Assembly: GCF_006345805.1 (NCBI RefSeq)
Contig: NC_043004.1
Location: forward strand, 9,734,001 to 9,798,000
Source: Octopus sinensis
Taxonomy: Eukaryota
DNA length: 64,000 nt
Reading direction: 5' to 3'
The stretch's first letter is position 1. Every line of letters starts with the position of its first letter. A program made the position numbers and the translations under genes. The notes beneath the pieces were generated by a model. That model made no database searches and was not told the origin of the DNA. It saw only the letters and a program-made list of their open reading frames with translations. Of this stretch, positions 23,350 to 36,560 are shown piece after piece.

Positions 23350-23500
23350 GAAAATCAATTACATCGACTTCAATGCTTAACTTGGACATATTTTACCGAC
23401 TCCGAAGGGATAACAGGCAAAGCTGATCCCGGTGAAATTTGAACTCCATAAAAATAAAGACCTGCTATGCATTTTGTCCGACTCCTACGATTCTAACTAC
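23350..23500 (-). mobile_element. Degenerate SINE family A
   Basis: aatcaattacatcgac...aggcaaagctgatcccggtgaaatttgaactc. Confidence 0.6.
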
Positions 23501-23849
23501 ATACCTTCTTGGTCGGTGCTTAATAATAGGATGGGACACAATTTTAGACAATAGAGATTCAAATTATTTTTCTGCTAATAACAAAAAAGACACCAGCTAA
23601 GCAAAAGCTTGCAGTAGTCAGACAAAATAACGGATCTTTCACTTTGACCGGCAGATTTTAATTTTTTTTTTTTTTTTTTGTAAGTAAACACTTTTAAACT
23701 TCGTATACTGGTAGAATGTGTCACATAAAACATCTTTTTCTCTTGGCGTTTTTGAGAAAATTCTGTAGTTTGTAAGCTATTTGTTGTTTAATTTCTCGTA
23801 TTTCGGCAATTTCAACCAATATATGACGTCTATTGAGGTGAATACAATT

Positions 23850-23931
23850 ACTATTATTATTATTATTATCATTGTTGTTGTTGTTATTATTATTATTATA
23901 TTATTATATTATTATTATTATTATTATTATT

Positions 23932-24016
<85 letters not shown>

Positions 24017-24030
24017 TCATCATCATCATT
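23850..24030. repeat. (ATT)n/(CAT)n trinucleotide tract
   Basis: Directly visible. Confidence 0.95.
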
Positions 24031-24135
24031 ATTGCCTTTCCACAGCTTCTAACGCTGGCGATGTACTACAGTGTCAGCTGTTCACTACCAGTAAACTAAG
24101 GTAACACCTCTTATTTTTCGAGCACCTTCCGGAGT
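24030..24135 (-). mobile_element. R4/Dong-like LINE 3' terminus
   Basis: cacagcttctaacgctggcgatgtactacagtgtcagctgttcactacc matches 62300-62350, which continues into the LQKTALLGT C-terminus. Confidence 0.6.
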
Positions 24136-24792
24136 ATTCGATGTTTAATTCCAAACCAGTCTTCATTAGGTAAAAACATTCCAAACGTGACCATCTCGCC
24201 TTTTCCTTTCAGTTGTTCTTTATATATCTGCGTCAATGAATGCACTTTCCTCGTTAAGAGAGCAAGCCGTGAACGGATGTAGATTTTTGGTTGTTATTTC
24301 TAATAAGTTGAGTAACAATATACAGTTCCCCTCTCCCTACCTCTACTTTCTACTGATCCCCAGCTCCCTTACTGTTGTTATTGCTGATTGTGTAACCCCT
24401 TATCATTGTATTTTAATTCCCACATCATTATATTCTACTCTCCTCCGTTTTTTTTTTCATGTTTTTTAAACATGTGTTACGACATCTTTGCCTCTCGTTA
24501 AACAAGAAACCTTCTGTTCTTTCTCTCTCCACAGCCTTCTTTATTTTTAAAGTTTACGTTTTCACTCCTCTTCTTCTTCTTCTTCTTCTTTTCTTCTTCT
24601 CCTCTCCTCCTCGCTCTCTCTCTCTCTCTCTCTCTCTATCTCTTTCATTTCTTGTATGTCGTCTTCTTTTCCTTCTTTCTTTTCGTCTACTGTAAAAGGG
24701 ATGCAACAAAAGAAACTAACCCGCTGTCTACTTCTTGTCAAGCGTTCTTCAATTATACACAGACACTCATACGCATACATACACGAATTCAA

Positions 24793-24856
<64 letters not shown>

Positions 24857-25604
24857 GCACACACGCACACACACACACGCACGCACACACACACAATACA
24901 GAAACAAACAGACTCTGAGATATATCTAATACTTCTACTTCTTCGGAAGACCAGCTAGAAATAACAGCCAAATCTCCCTCAAATCACATCCAATCATTTC
25001 CAAAAACAGAATGACACATTGGATAATGTGGTCCCATATAATATGAGGCTGATAAAAAAAGAGAAACAATGGAATGGTTGTTGCTGGAACATATTTTACC
25101 TCAGTCATTGAAATGTATTTTCGAAACTCGAAGTGCGCTCATGCTTGTGCGTCTGAGACAGAACGAATGAGTTAAATACAAAACCATTCCATTTCTATCA
25201 CTTCATCTGCTCCATCACAGTTGAACTGGGGTTGAACAACTACAACACTTATGTTTTATATCTCCACCCTAAAATAGTATGAGAACAAAATAGTTACCTA
25301 TGTATCATACTTAATGTGTGCACACTATTGATAGGCCAGATACTGCGGTATTTGTCCTGAAATGACAAATAGAAACATTGAGCTAAAAGCAATAAATAGA
25401 TATCAGTGAAAGGAATAGTATATGAAGTGATTCAGCTGATCTAATCGATAAAATAAACCAAGTAATGAAATAAAGTTACGCTTAATCTGATTCCACCAAT
25501 CATTTTTTAACTGACTTATTCTGATAAAAAGAAACGATCGGTGAAAACAAGCCGGAAATTTCCATTAATTGAAATTAATTAACATAAATTAATATAAGCT
25601 CAAG

Positions 25605-25905
25605 TATGACTGTGTGATTGAGAGACTTGCTTCCCAACCCTGTGGTCTTTGGTACAGTCCTAGCGTGTGGCACCTTAGGCAAGTATCTCTGACTATAGCC
25701 CCGGACAACCAAAACCCTGTGAGTGAAAGTCTGTTTGTCCTCCCACACATCACTTGGCAGCAATTATTGGCTTGTTTACAATTCTGTAACCTTTTAAGTA
25801 CCAGATGTAAGAACAATAGGTACCGGAGTTGATTTGTTCGACTAAAACGCTCTCAACACTGCCCTAGTTCGACTGCAGTCTGGTGAGTGAAACAGCTAAA
25901 AAGTA
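25605..25905 (+). mobile_element. Diverged SINE family C
   Basis: gcttcccaacc...ggcaccttaggcaagtatctctgactatagcccc...gttcgactaaaa...gaaacagctaaaaagtaaaaga. Confidence 0.7.
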
Positions 25906-26834
25906 AAAGAAACTGGTAGGAAATGACTTATTCTGATAAAAAGTAGAGAGAAGCAAAACCAGAAATTTTTGCTCATCAAAATAAATCGAAATAAGTTAAT
26001 ATTAAATGCAGTAGGGTATAAATCTGGTCTTGAATAGTGTGGTGATAACTATGGACGTGTTTCGATCTTATTACACTTCATCAGTGAAGCAATCTCACTT
26101 GTAGATCTTAATATAGCTCAACAAGTATATTGGATATTTTATGAATGAACACACAAAGATGCCACGAATTACAAGAATGACTGTGAATGATTACTCACGG
26201 ACTTCTGCTGTATGAAAACTTAAGAGTAAAATGTGTGTTATATTGCTCGAAACATACATATTCATACATATACATATGTACGTGTGTCTAGTGTGTATGT
26301 GTGTGTGTGTGTGTGTGTAGGCTCAGTCGAACTGTTACGAAATTCGCTTATAACATTGAAGTCTTGGAAAACACCCCTCTTCATGGCATTGGATCTCTGT
26401 ATCTTACCTCCTTATCTCGACGAACCCAAGATTTCTAAATGAACTTGCTTAAACAGAAACTACGAGCGATTCCATGAGATGGATTGCAACTGTAATTCAA
26501 AGCGCCAGCCTTGTCACATATTGTATCAGAGTGGGTGAGATACGTTTTGGCACAGGCGTTTTGGAGCCGCCTATTTGGCGTCGCTGATTCGACGTTGACT
26601 TACTTGACACCAAACATTTTAAAGATTTAGCTTTCCCTAATCATCACTACCCCTCTCTATTTCTCTCTCCCTCTAACTTTCTCTTTGTGTGTGTGTCTGT
26701 GTGTATTTAATATACGTGGTGTGTCTGTGTGTATTTAATATATGTGAACATATTTCTATTAATGTGTATGAGGAGAAGGAATATATTTACGTTAATCGTG
26801 TTCAGTTAATAAATTGTAATGTCTTTCTTTTTCA

Positions 26835-26896
<62 letters not shown>

Positions 26897-27577
26897 GTCC
26901 TCCTTCTCTCCTCTTCCTCTCTCTACTACCTCTCTTACATTTTCTCTATCTCTACGTGTATATTTCTGCACACGGGTGCGTGTGTGTGCATGTGATTGCA
27001 TCCAGTGCCAAAAAGCACTGTCGTTAAAGCGGACTCAATATCCAGTCAGCCGTGCAAGCACGTCAGCGCCCAATCGTATCGTTCCCCTCACAAGGTTGTT
27101 AAAGAATACTCAGTCACTGTGCACGAGTCGGTCGATCCGTCGAACAAATAATAGTACTTTCATCGCTGAAACAGACGGAGGACCCATCTTTGAAGTCTAT
27201 GCATGTGAGTGCGTGGCATGCATGTGTGTGTGTGTGTGTGTGTTTTGTGTGTGTGTGTACGCGCGCGCGTGCAAGTACGTGTGTGTATGTGCGTGCGTAG
27301 GTTATGTAAAGCGTAATGCCAGCTGGTGCTTCAATTGAAAGTGATAAAAAATGATAGAAAATCCTGGAGGTAATGTTGTCAATTGGTTGGATTGATGTAG
27401 AGAGTCAGCTCCTTGTGAGTGTGTGTATGTGTGTGTGAGAGAAAACATGTATGCGCATGTATGTGTGCTTGGGTATGTATGTTTGTGTGTGTAGTCTTGT
27501 GAGTGAATGTAGGAAGAATTATGTGTTGTGTCTGTATGTGTGTGTGTGTACACCAGCATATACATACATATATATAT

Positions 27578-27663
<86 letters not shown>

Positions 27664-27774
27664 ATATAATATATAATATAGGTGATGTATTTGTGTGCGT
27701 ATTGATGAATAGTTTTCTCTGTGTGTGTTTGTATGTTTATATTGACTGCTTGTCGAAAAAGAAAAGCAATATCA

Positions 27775-27930
27775 CTAACAACAACAACAACAACAACAAT
27801 AATAATAATAATCAACAATAATACATTTTATTACCTCAAGTGCGATGGATGGTGGAGTGACATTACAAAAATAATAACAATAATAATAATAATAATAATA
27901 ATAATGATAATAATAATAATAATAATAATA

Positions 27931-27965
<35 letters not shown>
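27775..27965. repeat. (AAC)n/(AAT)n tract
   Basis: Directly visible. Confidence 0.95.
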
Positions 27966-28794
27966 TTTTCTAACATAAGAATAATAACCGTTGTTAATGC
28001 TGATGAGGATCACAATAACGAGATCAACACCAATATCAATGAGCTTAATCATAAAAAAAAGGGGTTTTATTTCAAAGAAAGCCAAAGAAACTATGAAAAG
28101 AAATAAAATGAGTCCCACCCCCACCCACAGCTTCTCCTACGCCCTCTTCTCTCCTTTTTTTTAATTTTTCTCTTTTCCTTTTTTTTTTCTGCTTTTGTTG
28201 TTATTTTTGCAAATATAAAACAAGGTGAGGGCAGAGGGCTGGGAACGTCTACCCCCACCAACCATTCTGCCTCCCTACTTACCTACCTGCCGATCTTAAG
28301 TGTGTTTGGGAAGGGAGCTTACATGGTGAAACGAATGAACCAGGGCTGAATAATGATGAAGACATCGAATTTAGGAGGGGGGTGGGGGAGGAACGGGTGC
28401 TGTTTTAATGAGGTATTTTTTTTTTACCTCAACTGAAAGGAACACCCGTGCAATGTGTATGTGTGTGTGTGTGTAGTTAAATACACTCAAACACACACAC
28501 ACACACACACAAATACACAAACACACACACCTACACATGCATATGTATATGCATGTGGTTTGTGCGAATTATAACTCTAAGTGATAACATATCACTTTCA
28601 CCTTATACGCTTATTCGGTTTTTCTCTTTCTCTCGTATAATTTCTCACGTTTGTATTATGGATGGTGGGAGGGAGGGAGGGGGAGAGGGAAGGAAGGAAA
28701 GAAGGTAGGAGGAATGGGTAGATGGGTGGATGGATGGGTGGATGGATGGATGAACGGATGGATGAATAAATGAATGGTTGGATGGGCGAATGGA

Positions 28795-29166
28795 TACTCT
28801 CTTTTACTCTCTTTTACTTGTTTCAGTCATTTGACTGCGGCCATGCTGGAGCACCGCCTTTTAGTCGAGCAAATCGACCCCGGGACTTATTCTTTGTAAG
28901 CCCAGTACTTATTCTATCGGTCTCTTTTGCCGAACCGCTAAGTGACGGGGACGTAAACACACCAGGGGGACACACACATATATATATATACATATATACA
29001 TATATACGACAGGCTTCTTTCAGTTTCCGTCTACCAAATCCACTCACAAGGCATTGGTCGACCCGGGGCTATAGCAGAAGACACTTGCCCAAGGTGCCAC
29101 GCAGTGGGACTGAACCCGGAACCATGTGGTTGGTTAGCAAGCTACTTACCACACAGCCACTCCTGC
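28795..29166 (-). mobile_element. Full-length SINE family C
   Basis: Reverse complement GCAGGAGTGGCTGTGTGGTAAG...GGTTCAGTCCC...TTGGGCAAGTGTCTTCT...GAAACAAGTAAAAGAGTAAAAGAGT; internal microsatellite. Confidence 0.9.
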
Positions 29167-29361
29167 ACACATGTATGAAAGGATGGGTGGATGGATTTGT
29201 GCTTGCGCGTATGTATGGTTGTATGTTCATATGTATATGTGTGTGTGTGTATGTATATTTTCCCCTTTCGTTCTCTTCTTCTCTCCCTGTTTCTCTCTTC
29301 ATCTATATCTATCTATCCACATACACACACACACACACACACATATGCACACGCACGCACA

Positions 29362-29765
29362 CTTTTTATCTGTTTCAGTCATTTAATTGCGGCCATACTG
29401 CAGCACCGCCTTGAAGAACTTTTTTAGTCGAGTGAATCGACTCCAGTACTTATTCTAAGCTTGGTACATATTCTATCGGCTCTTTTGGCCGAACTGGTAA
29501 GTTACAGGGACGTAAACAAACCAGCACCAGTTGTCGAGCAGTGGTGGAGGACAAACACGGACCCAAAGACACACACACACACACACACACACACAACACA
29601 CACACACACACACACACACTCATATACGAAGGGCTTCTTTCACCTTCCATCTACCAAATCCACTCACAAGGTTTTGGTCGGTCAGAGGTTATAGTGGGAG
29701 ACACTTGCCCAAGGTGCCACGCAGTGGGACTGAATACAGCTTCATGTGTTTGGGAAGCAAGTGTC
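29362..29765 (-). mobile_element. SINE family C
   Basis: Colinear with 28795-29166. Confidence 0.85.
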
Positions 29766-30195
29766 TATGTATCTATTAGTCTCTCGCAACACTTGCTAAG
29801 CAACAGCAGCCAAAAGAAAAAGAAAAACCTTAATTTAGTGCTGAAAAATTAAGAGAACAATGTGTTACGTGCTGGAGGCGAGCTCCTCAGGAAGCACTCT
29901 CTTCAAATGATCTCCCATACGACCCCAAATGAGCCGGACAAACACACCTCAAATTAGACCTGGTGGTGAAACGCTTAGCATACCAAAAAACCAAACTGAA
30001 GAAAAAAATCTATGCATGGGTATGTTTCTCGAAGACTTGAAGAAAATAGTAACATCGACACGAAGCTTCTCTTGGACTCGTGACTGCTACATCATATCAC
30101 ACTTCGAAGGCTAAGTATTTGCAATCCAAGAACAGGAGATTGCTATTAAATACCTAATAAACAAAAGAGTCAGCGAAAATGTAAATTATGTCATA

Positions 30196-30494
30196 CTAGC
30201 AGTATCGCCCGGCGTTGCTCGGGTTTGTAAGGGAAATAACTATATAAGCATTTTTAGAGAGTTACTTCCCTTATATAATAGCAAAAAAAATGCATTAGAA
30301 ATGGGAAAAAATGATGGTAATTTTTTTTTTAAATCGTAGACTCATCGTAGACGCGCGTTAATACCCAGAAGGGCTCGATATGAATCACGACAATACGATA
30401 CCCGATTTTGGTTAAACTGCGCCGCAAAATGTGGGAGTAGTTAGGAATCTAAATCGTAGGAGACAAACACAAACTTCCCTTTTATATATAAAGA
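30196..30494 (-). mobile_element. 299-bp non-autonomous Helitron
   Basis: Minus strand begins TC (A|TCTTTATATATAAAAG) and ends with hairpin CCCGAGCAACGCCGGG + 8 nt + CTAG|T; A^T target, no TSD. Confidence 0.85.
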
Positions 30495-30802
30495 TTACTG
30501 TATAAGACATCAGGCATTTGATTAGCAGCTTCCCACAAAATGTCATGAAGGTACGACCTCCCTATGCGATACGACTTTGTCGCGAAAACAAAACACAATA
30601 ACATCAGGAAAAAAGACTCTCCTGAAATGAATATGGAGAATTCTCCTGTTCTTGAATACGTACAGAAATATCAGCACAAGGTGGAATATTACCATCAAAA
30701 CTTTTGCCAAGTGTAAGCATGGCAGTCTGTGTGTTATTGTTTGGGCCAGACAAGAAAGAGAATATGCTGTCATAGAGTTCAGCTGTCCTATTGATGTGAA
30801 TA

Positions 30803-31145
30803 AAAGGGTAAAGACCCCCTTGGGTCATGAATGACCATGGGATTGCACCTAGAAAGTTACCCTCCTAGACACAAGTCCGGGCAAGGTTGTTTATGGAAGA
30901 CCAGCAGTCGCCCATGCATACCAGCCTCCCCTCTCCACGCCACCAGTGTTATCCAAGGGAAAGACAAAGGTCGATACAGCTTGGCACCAGTGACGTCGCA
31001 ACTCATTTCTACAGCTGAGTGAACTGGAGCAACGTGAAATAAAGTGCCTTGCTCAAGAACACAACACACAGCCCGGTCCGGGATTCGAGCTCACAACCTC
31101 ACGATCGTAAGCTCGACGCTCTAACCACTGAGCCATGCGCCTTCA
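30803..31145 (-). mobile_element. Full-length SINE family B with 15-bp TSD
   Basis: TSD CTATTGATGTGAATA at 30788-30802 and 31146-31160; tRNA-like head GGCGCATGGCTCAGTGGTTAGAGCG...TCGAATCCC. Confidence 0.95.
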
Positions 31146-31529
31146 CTATTGATGTGAATACCGCTTAGAAAATCAAAGAGAAAGAAGATAACTATGGACA
31201 ACTGTTTCCAAACCTCCAGCTTCTATTTCCCGATTAAAAATTTTCATTTATCCCAATAATAAATCGGTGCATTTGGTTTTGTAATTGTCTAACTGTTCTA
31301 ACTATCAGGCTGGATAAGCTTGGATTTTCATAAAAAGAAATCAACCAACAGACTCGTACATAACAATACAGTTTGTAAGCGGCACAATAAAACTATGCAA
31401 GTCCTTTCTCGGATTTAAAATCTGACTTTATTTTCGTTACCTACCTTCAAATGATGGAGCTTTGTAACTTTGTTAGAAACGAGCTCCTTCTTCAAACGAA
31501 GAATTTAAATGGTTAAAAACAGAAAAGAA

Positions 31530-31810
31530 CATACATACATACACACATACATACATACATACATACATACATACATACATACATGCATACATACATACAC
31601 ACACACACACATACATACATACATACATACATACATACATACATGCATATATACATACATGCATACATACATACACACATACAGACATACATGCATACAT
31701 ACATACATACATACATACATACATACATACATACATACATACATACATAATACATACATACATACATACATACATACATACATACATACATACATACATA
31801 CATACATACA

Positions 31811-31842
<32 letters not shown>

Positions 31843-31845
31843 CTT
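31530..31845. repeat. (TACA)n microsatellite
   Basis: Directly visible. Confidence 0.97.
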
Positions 31846-32077
31846 GGGTGTATGCATCAACAGGTCAACCAACACACCAACTCAACCACGTATTATGAAC
31901 ACCGGGAACTCTCTTAACTCAAAATGTCTTGTCTCTTTGTCAGCAACCCACTGGAACTATCTCAAGAAGAACTTAAATAAAACTCAAAGTAAAATCATAC
32001 ATACGCACATGCATACATACATACATACATACATACATGCATACATACATACATACATACATACATACATACATACA

Positions 32078-32108
<31 letters not shown>

Positions 32109-32109
32109 G

Positions 32110-33455
32110 TAGTGACCCGAGAATATTACACCAGAATTAGGAAAATATGCAGTACCAAGTGTTGATACCAACATTTGGGATACTTGATTGATCTGCAGAG
32201 GAAATCCACTCCATAGATATCAAAACCCGCAAAATCCTGACAACAACTTGGAACTTCCACAGAAACTGTGATGTTGACAGGCTCTACCTAAGAAGAAATG
32301 AATGTGGTAGAGGCCTGAGATCAGTACAGACGGCCTTCGAATGCTGTGTGGTATCACTCAGGCAGCGCCTGCTAAACAAGAGCAGCAAAAATAATTATAT
32401 CAATGCAGTCCTGAAAAATGAAGTGAGCAATATTGTACGAGTTGGCAGTGAACACATCAAGAAAAACTCTTCCTGATGATCTTCTATACAACCCCAAAAT
32501 AGCTGCTTTCCTCACAGAAGACCTGGATGGAAAGCACTCAGCATACAACAAAAAAAGACCATGCATCGGCATGTTGACCGGAAGCTTGAAGACGACAGTA
32601 GAATTGACACGAAGATCAGCCTCTCTTGGACACAATATCACTGCATCACATCACACTTTGAAGTCTACCCGTCTGCAATCCATGAACAGGAGATTGCCAC
32701 AAAGTGCCTGGTGAGCAAGAGAGACAGTGACACTCTTGTAATTTCATGGTGCAACCGAATGTGTAGGCTATGTCATGTTTTTGTGGAAGACATTACGCAT
32801 GTGATTAGCAGCTGTCCTAAAATGTCGTCACAGCACTACCTCCCTATGCAGCACCATGTTGTTGCTAAATCAATTTACAATGCCATCCGCAAAAAAAAAA
32901 TACTGTCCTTAAAGAAACTTAGAAAATCACTCTGTTATGGAATACATTCAAAAACACCAACTCAAAGAATAGTGGTGGAATATTCCCATCAAGACTTCTG
33001 TCAAATATAAGCATAACAGGCTGGATGTTGTTGTTTGGGACAGAGGGCAAATGCATGTACCATCATAGAGGTTAGCTGCCTGGCAGATATAAATATCTCT
33101 TTGAAAATCAAAGAAAATGAGGATATCTACGGACAACTGCTTCGAAACCTCCAGCTGCTATATCCAGACTATGAATTCCGATTCATTCCAATAATAATTG
33201 AATCACTAGGTTTTGTTAGTAAATGCTTAAAGGAGAATCTGGATAAACTGGGATTTTCAGAAAGAGAAACCGACCAGCTGATTCGTACATGTCTAAACTG
33301 TGAGTGGAACAGTAAAAATATGCAAGACTTCTCAAGTTCCAAATGTGAATTTGTCTATGTTAACAACTACATCTCAAAGATGGAGCCATGTATCTTTGTT
33401 GGAAACGGGCTCCGTCCTCAGTAGAAAATTTATAATAATTATAAAATAGAAGAGA
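32110..33455 (+). mobile_element. R4/Dong-like RLE LINE, 5'-truncated, with 3' end
   Basis: NFHRNCDVDRLYLRRNECGRGL, IHEQEIATK, CRLCHVFVEDITHVISSCPKM (CCHC), HNRLDVVVW...IIEVSC (restriction-like endonuclease); AT-rich tail. Confidence 0.9.
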
Positions 33456-33470
33456 CACATAAATACATAT

Positions 33471-33692
33471 ATTTCTTTACTACCCACAAGGGGCTAAACA
33501 CAGAGGGGACAAACAAGGACAGACACACGGATTAAGTCGATTACATCGACCCCAGTGCGTAACTGGTACTTATTTAATCGACCCCGAAAGGATGAAAGGC
33601 AAAGTCGACCTCGGCGGAATTTGAACTCAGAACGTAACGGCAGACGAAATACCGCTAAGCATTTCGCCCGGCGCGCTAACATTTCTGCTAGC
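33471..33692 (-). mobile_element. SINE family A, near full length
   Basis: Close reverse-complement match to 6530-6760. Confidence 0.95.
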
Positions 33693-34659
33693 TATACATA
33701 CATACATACATACATACATACATACATACATACATACATACATACATACATACATACATACATTCGCACACACATAATGTAAGTAGAAAAAGCAGCATGA
33801 AAATCTGCAACACTACAGATTAGTATCAACTGTTTAACCCACGCCACCCCTGATCATATCTGTGGACAAAGACATTTCCGTTTTGACGTTTCCGTCTATT
33901 GTGCAGATGCAGTATAAAAATATTCTAGTGAGTGATTTCAGTTATGTTTAGCTGCTATTTCTAGGCATCACGTAGAAGTATTTTATAAACTTTGCAAGAC
34001 ATTAAGAATTCCTTGGGTTTTTAGAGTGGATTTGTGTAAGTTTGTAGCGCAAGTAATTTTCTAATGGCGGTCATTCTTGGTCGAGGAAATATGATTCGCC
34101 TGCTACATTCCAGAAATGACCATCCTGTCTTATTTTATTAAGAAATAGTTCATCCTTTATATTTGCCAAGATTACAAATCGACATGGTGGTACTTAAAGA
34201 AAATTTGGTTGCATCTTCTCGCATTCTTGGAAGACGGGCGACTGCGTAGAGACTTTCTCAGTGACTCGTCCATGTTCTGGTTGTTGTTGTTGTTGCGGTC
34301 ACTGACGTGGAGGTTAGGTGTTCATGTTAATGCTATTGTTATATAACCCCACGTTAGTCCTAAGCAAGTTAGTCTACGTTCAAAGGTGTCCAAGTTGTGC
34401 TTGCCCAATTTTGTTCAGACATTTGACATAAGACTACAGGTGGAACAAAGGTTAATCACTCGTAGTAAGTCGAGCGACATTGGTTCACTGTTATAACAGT
34501 CACCGCATTTTCAGTTCTATTGTTCTATGAGTGAACTGGTGTGGGCGTCTTTCATGCGACATGTCTTTCCGTAGCTCATCTCATTGACAAGGCTGCTGTC
34601 ATGGCTCAAACGTAGACCAAGGTTGGGCGTTTGGCATCTAGAATCTTGCCAGGCACTGA

Positions 34660-35660
34660 CTACATTGTACCAGCTTCCCAAAACCGTTTGCGGGGAAACA
34701 ACCCAAGATTTCTATAGGGGGCGCTAGTTGAGGGTATGAGTGATGATGACCCTGGATCGGATCTAGGCATCGACGTTAACAGTCTGAGTAGTCTCTTCCA
34801 GAGGACCTTCGGGTCGAAGATCATGGACAATTTCCAAAAGTCTTTGGTATGGCAGCGATACAGAAGGGTATTGCCAGTTCGAGACAATCTTCAGGTATGG
34901 AAGTGCCAACAGCCGAACGTGCTCGAGAGGCTTGCAGGGGAATGAAACCGTCCTGGATGCAATAATTCCGTGCCCGTGTATTAGAGAATTGTGGGATTGT
35001 GTGGAGCAGCTGTTGTCGTATGTAAGACGAATCCAGCTGCCTGCCGAATGTCGAGTGAAGATCGACGCACCACCTTCCCTTAGGAGAGAAGAAAGGCAGA
35101 TCATTCTCTGCTTAGTGGCTGTGGCAAAAGTGGCTGTGTGGTGGACCCGTCTGAAACATTTGAGGACAGGAACTTTGTTATCTGGCCAAGCCCTTATCAG
35201 TTCTTCAAACATCATTTGAAGAGGAAGATGAGGGTAGAGAGGAAGATGAGGGTAGAGAGGGAGGTGCTGCCTTCCAATGTGTTTATCAAAAGGTAGTCAA
35301 CAGTGACAAAACAGGGGGGACTGGATGGATCTAATCTGGAAATGCTTTTCTAAGCTGGAGGAAAGAAACTAGAAGAGGGCATTTTGTCGTGCCTTGAGGA
35401 TCGCAGAGTAATTTGGGATCTTTGTGAGGGAATTACTCTAAGTGGACTGCCCCACTATTGGAAATTCTATTTCTTTATTCATTATTGATTTCTCTACTTT
35501 CTCTTATGTATCCTCTGTTATATCCTTTAATGTGGTATTATCTCCCCTTGATTGATATTAACACCACATGTTTTTGTTATTTTTTTTTCTTTTTGTGTGC
35601 TGTAATTCGTCCATCGATATTGTCCTCTATGTCTTGGGCCTTTGTGGCCAATAAAATAAT
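34660..35660 (+). mobile_element. Tx1/L1-clade LINE 3' fragment
   Basis: FQKSLVWQRYRRVLPVRDNL, GNETVLDAIIPCPCIRELWDCV, VAVAKVAVWWTR; AATAAA near 35650. Confidence 0.7.
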
Positions 35661-35689
35661 CATCATCATTATTATTATTACCATCATCA

Positions 35690-36560
35690 TCGTCATCATC
35701 ATCTCTTTATCACAGGTTTTGCTGGAACCCCTGGAGTCTTGCATGCGTATCGGGTCTACTACCTGCAGCCTACGGTACCATGCTATCCGTTCTTTTCAGC
35801 TATCTAATACTTTGCTGATTATTCTGGCCGTGCCGAGGAGACAAACAAACCTTTTGTAACAGTTCTGCTGGGCACTCTATTCCAATTTCCTTAATATTCC
35901 TCTTGATGCCTTCTAATATTCTTCTCAAAGACCCAACAATAATTGGCACTATCTTCACCTTCTTCATTTTCCATAGACGGGCAACTTCGTACTTAAAAAG
36001 GTTCTATCTATCTATCTGTCTGTCTGTCTGTCTGTCTGTCTTTTCACCTTCCTTCTTCACTAGTCGAGAGTCAAAGGGGCATGCAACATTAACTGTATAG
36101 CGTATGTGGTGCACCGTGTCCACCACTATTAGGTCCAGTCTGTTATGCTCTAGAACCTAATCTGTTTGGCATGAGAAATCCCACAGAATTTTGCAGGTCT
36201 CCGACTCTGCCACTCTCTGCTGTTTGTGCTCATACCACGTCTTGCCTCTCTCTAGCCCCCACTTTTCGCACAGTTTCCAATGTAGTACTTTCGCTGCCTG
36301 ATCGTGTTGCCACGACTTGTAGTGGCTTTAGGCAAGTCTACGGCATTCGTTCGTGATATGGGCGATGGTTTCATCCATTCTATTGCAGATGCGGGACAGC
36401 GGAGACACTTGCTCATTCCTAAGGTTGGCCCTCCAGTTCGCGGGCAAAGCTTGGTCTTGCGATGCCAGTACACTGCGCTCGGTCTCGTATCCAAGTGTTT
36501 GATCCCAGCGCGTAATGTCCTTATCATGTGCCTTTTACCAAAACGTAGAGACAATTAAAA
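35690..36560 (-). mobile_element. R4/Dong-like RLE LINE 3' portion
   Basis: ETERSVLASQDQAL, RICNRMDETIAHITNEC, HDQAAKVLHWKLC, KILWDF..HNRLDLIVVD, LLQK..LLGTARII. Confidence 0.85.

Larger units (their letters stand above)
29830..31340 (+). mobile_element. R4/Dong-like RLE LINE fragment interrupted by a Helitron and a SINE
   Basis: SHFEG*VFAIQEQEIAIKYL, KCKLCHI|TV*DIRHLISS (zinc knuckle), IEFSCPIDVN, KEKEDNYGQL. Confidence 0.8.

Noticed and set aside
33390-33425. GAA-ACGG-GCT-CCGT-C, resembling hammerhead stem III plus GUC
   Set aside because: No CUGANGA in any permutation; better explained as the LINE 3' UTR stem-loop
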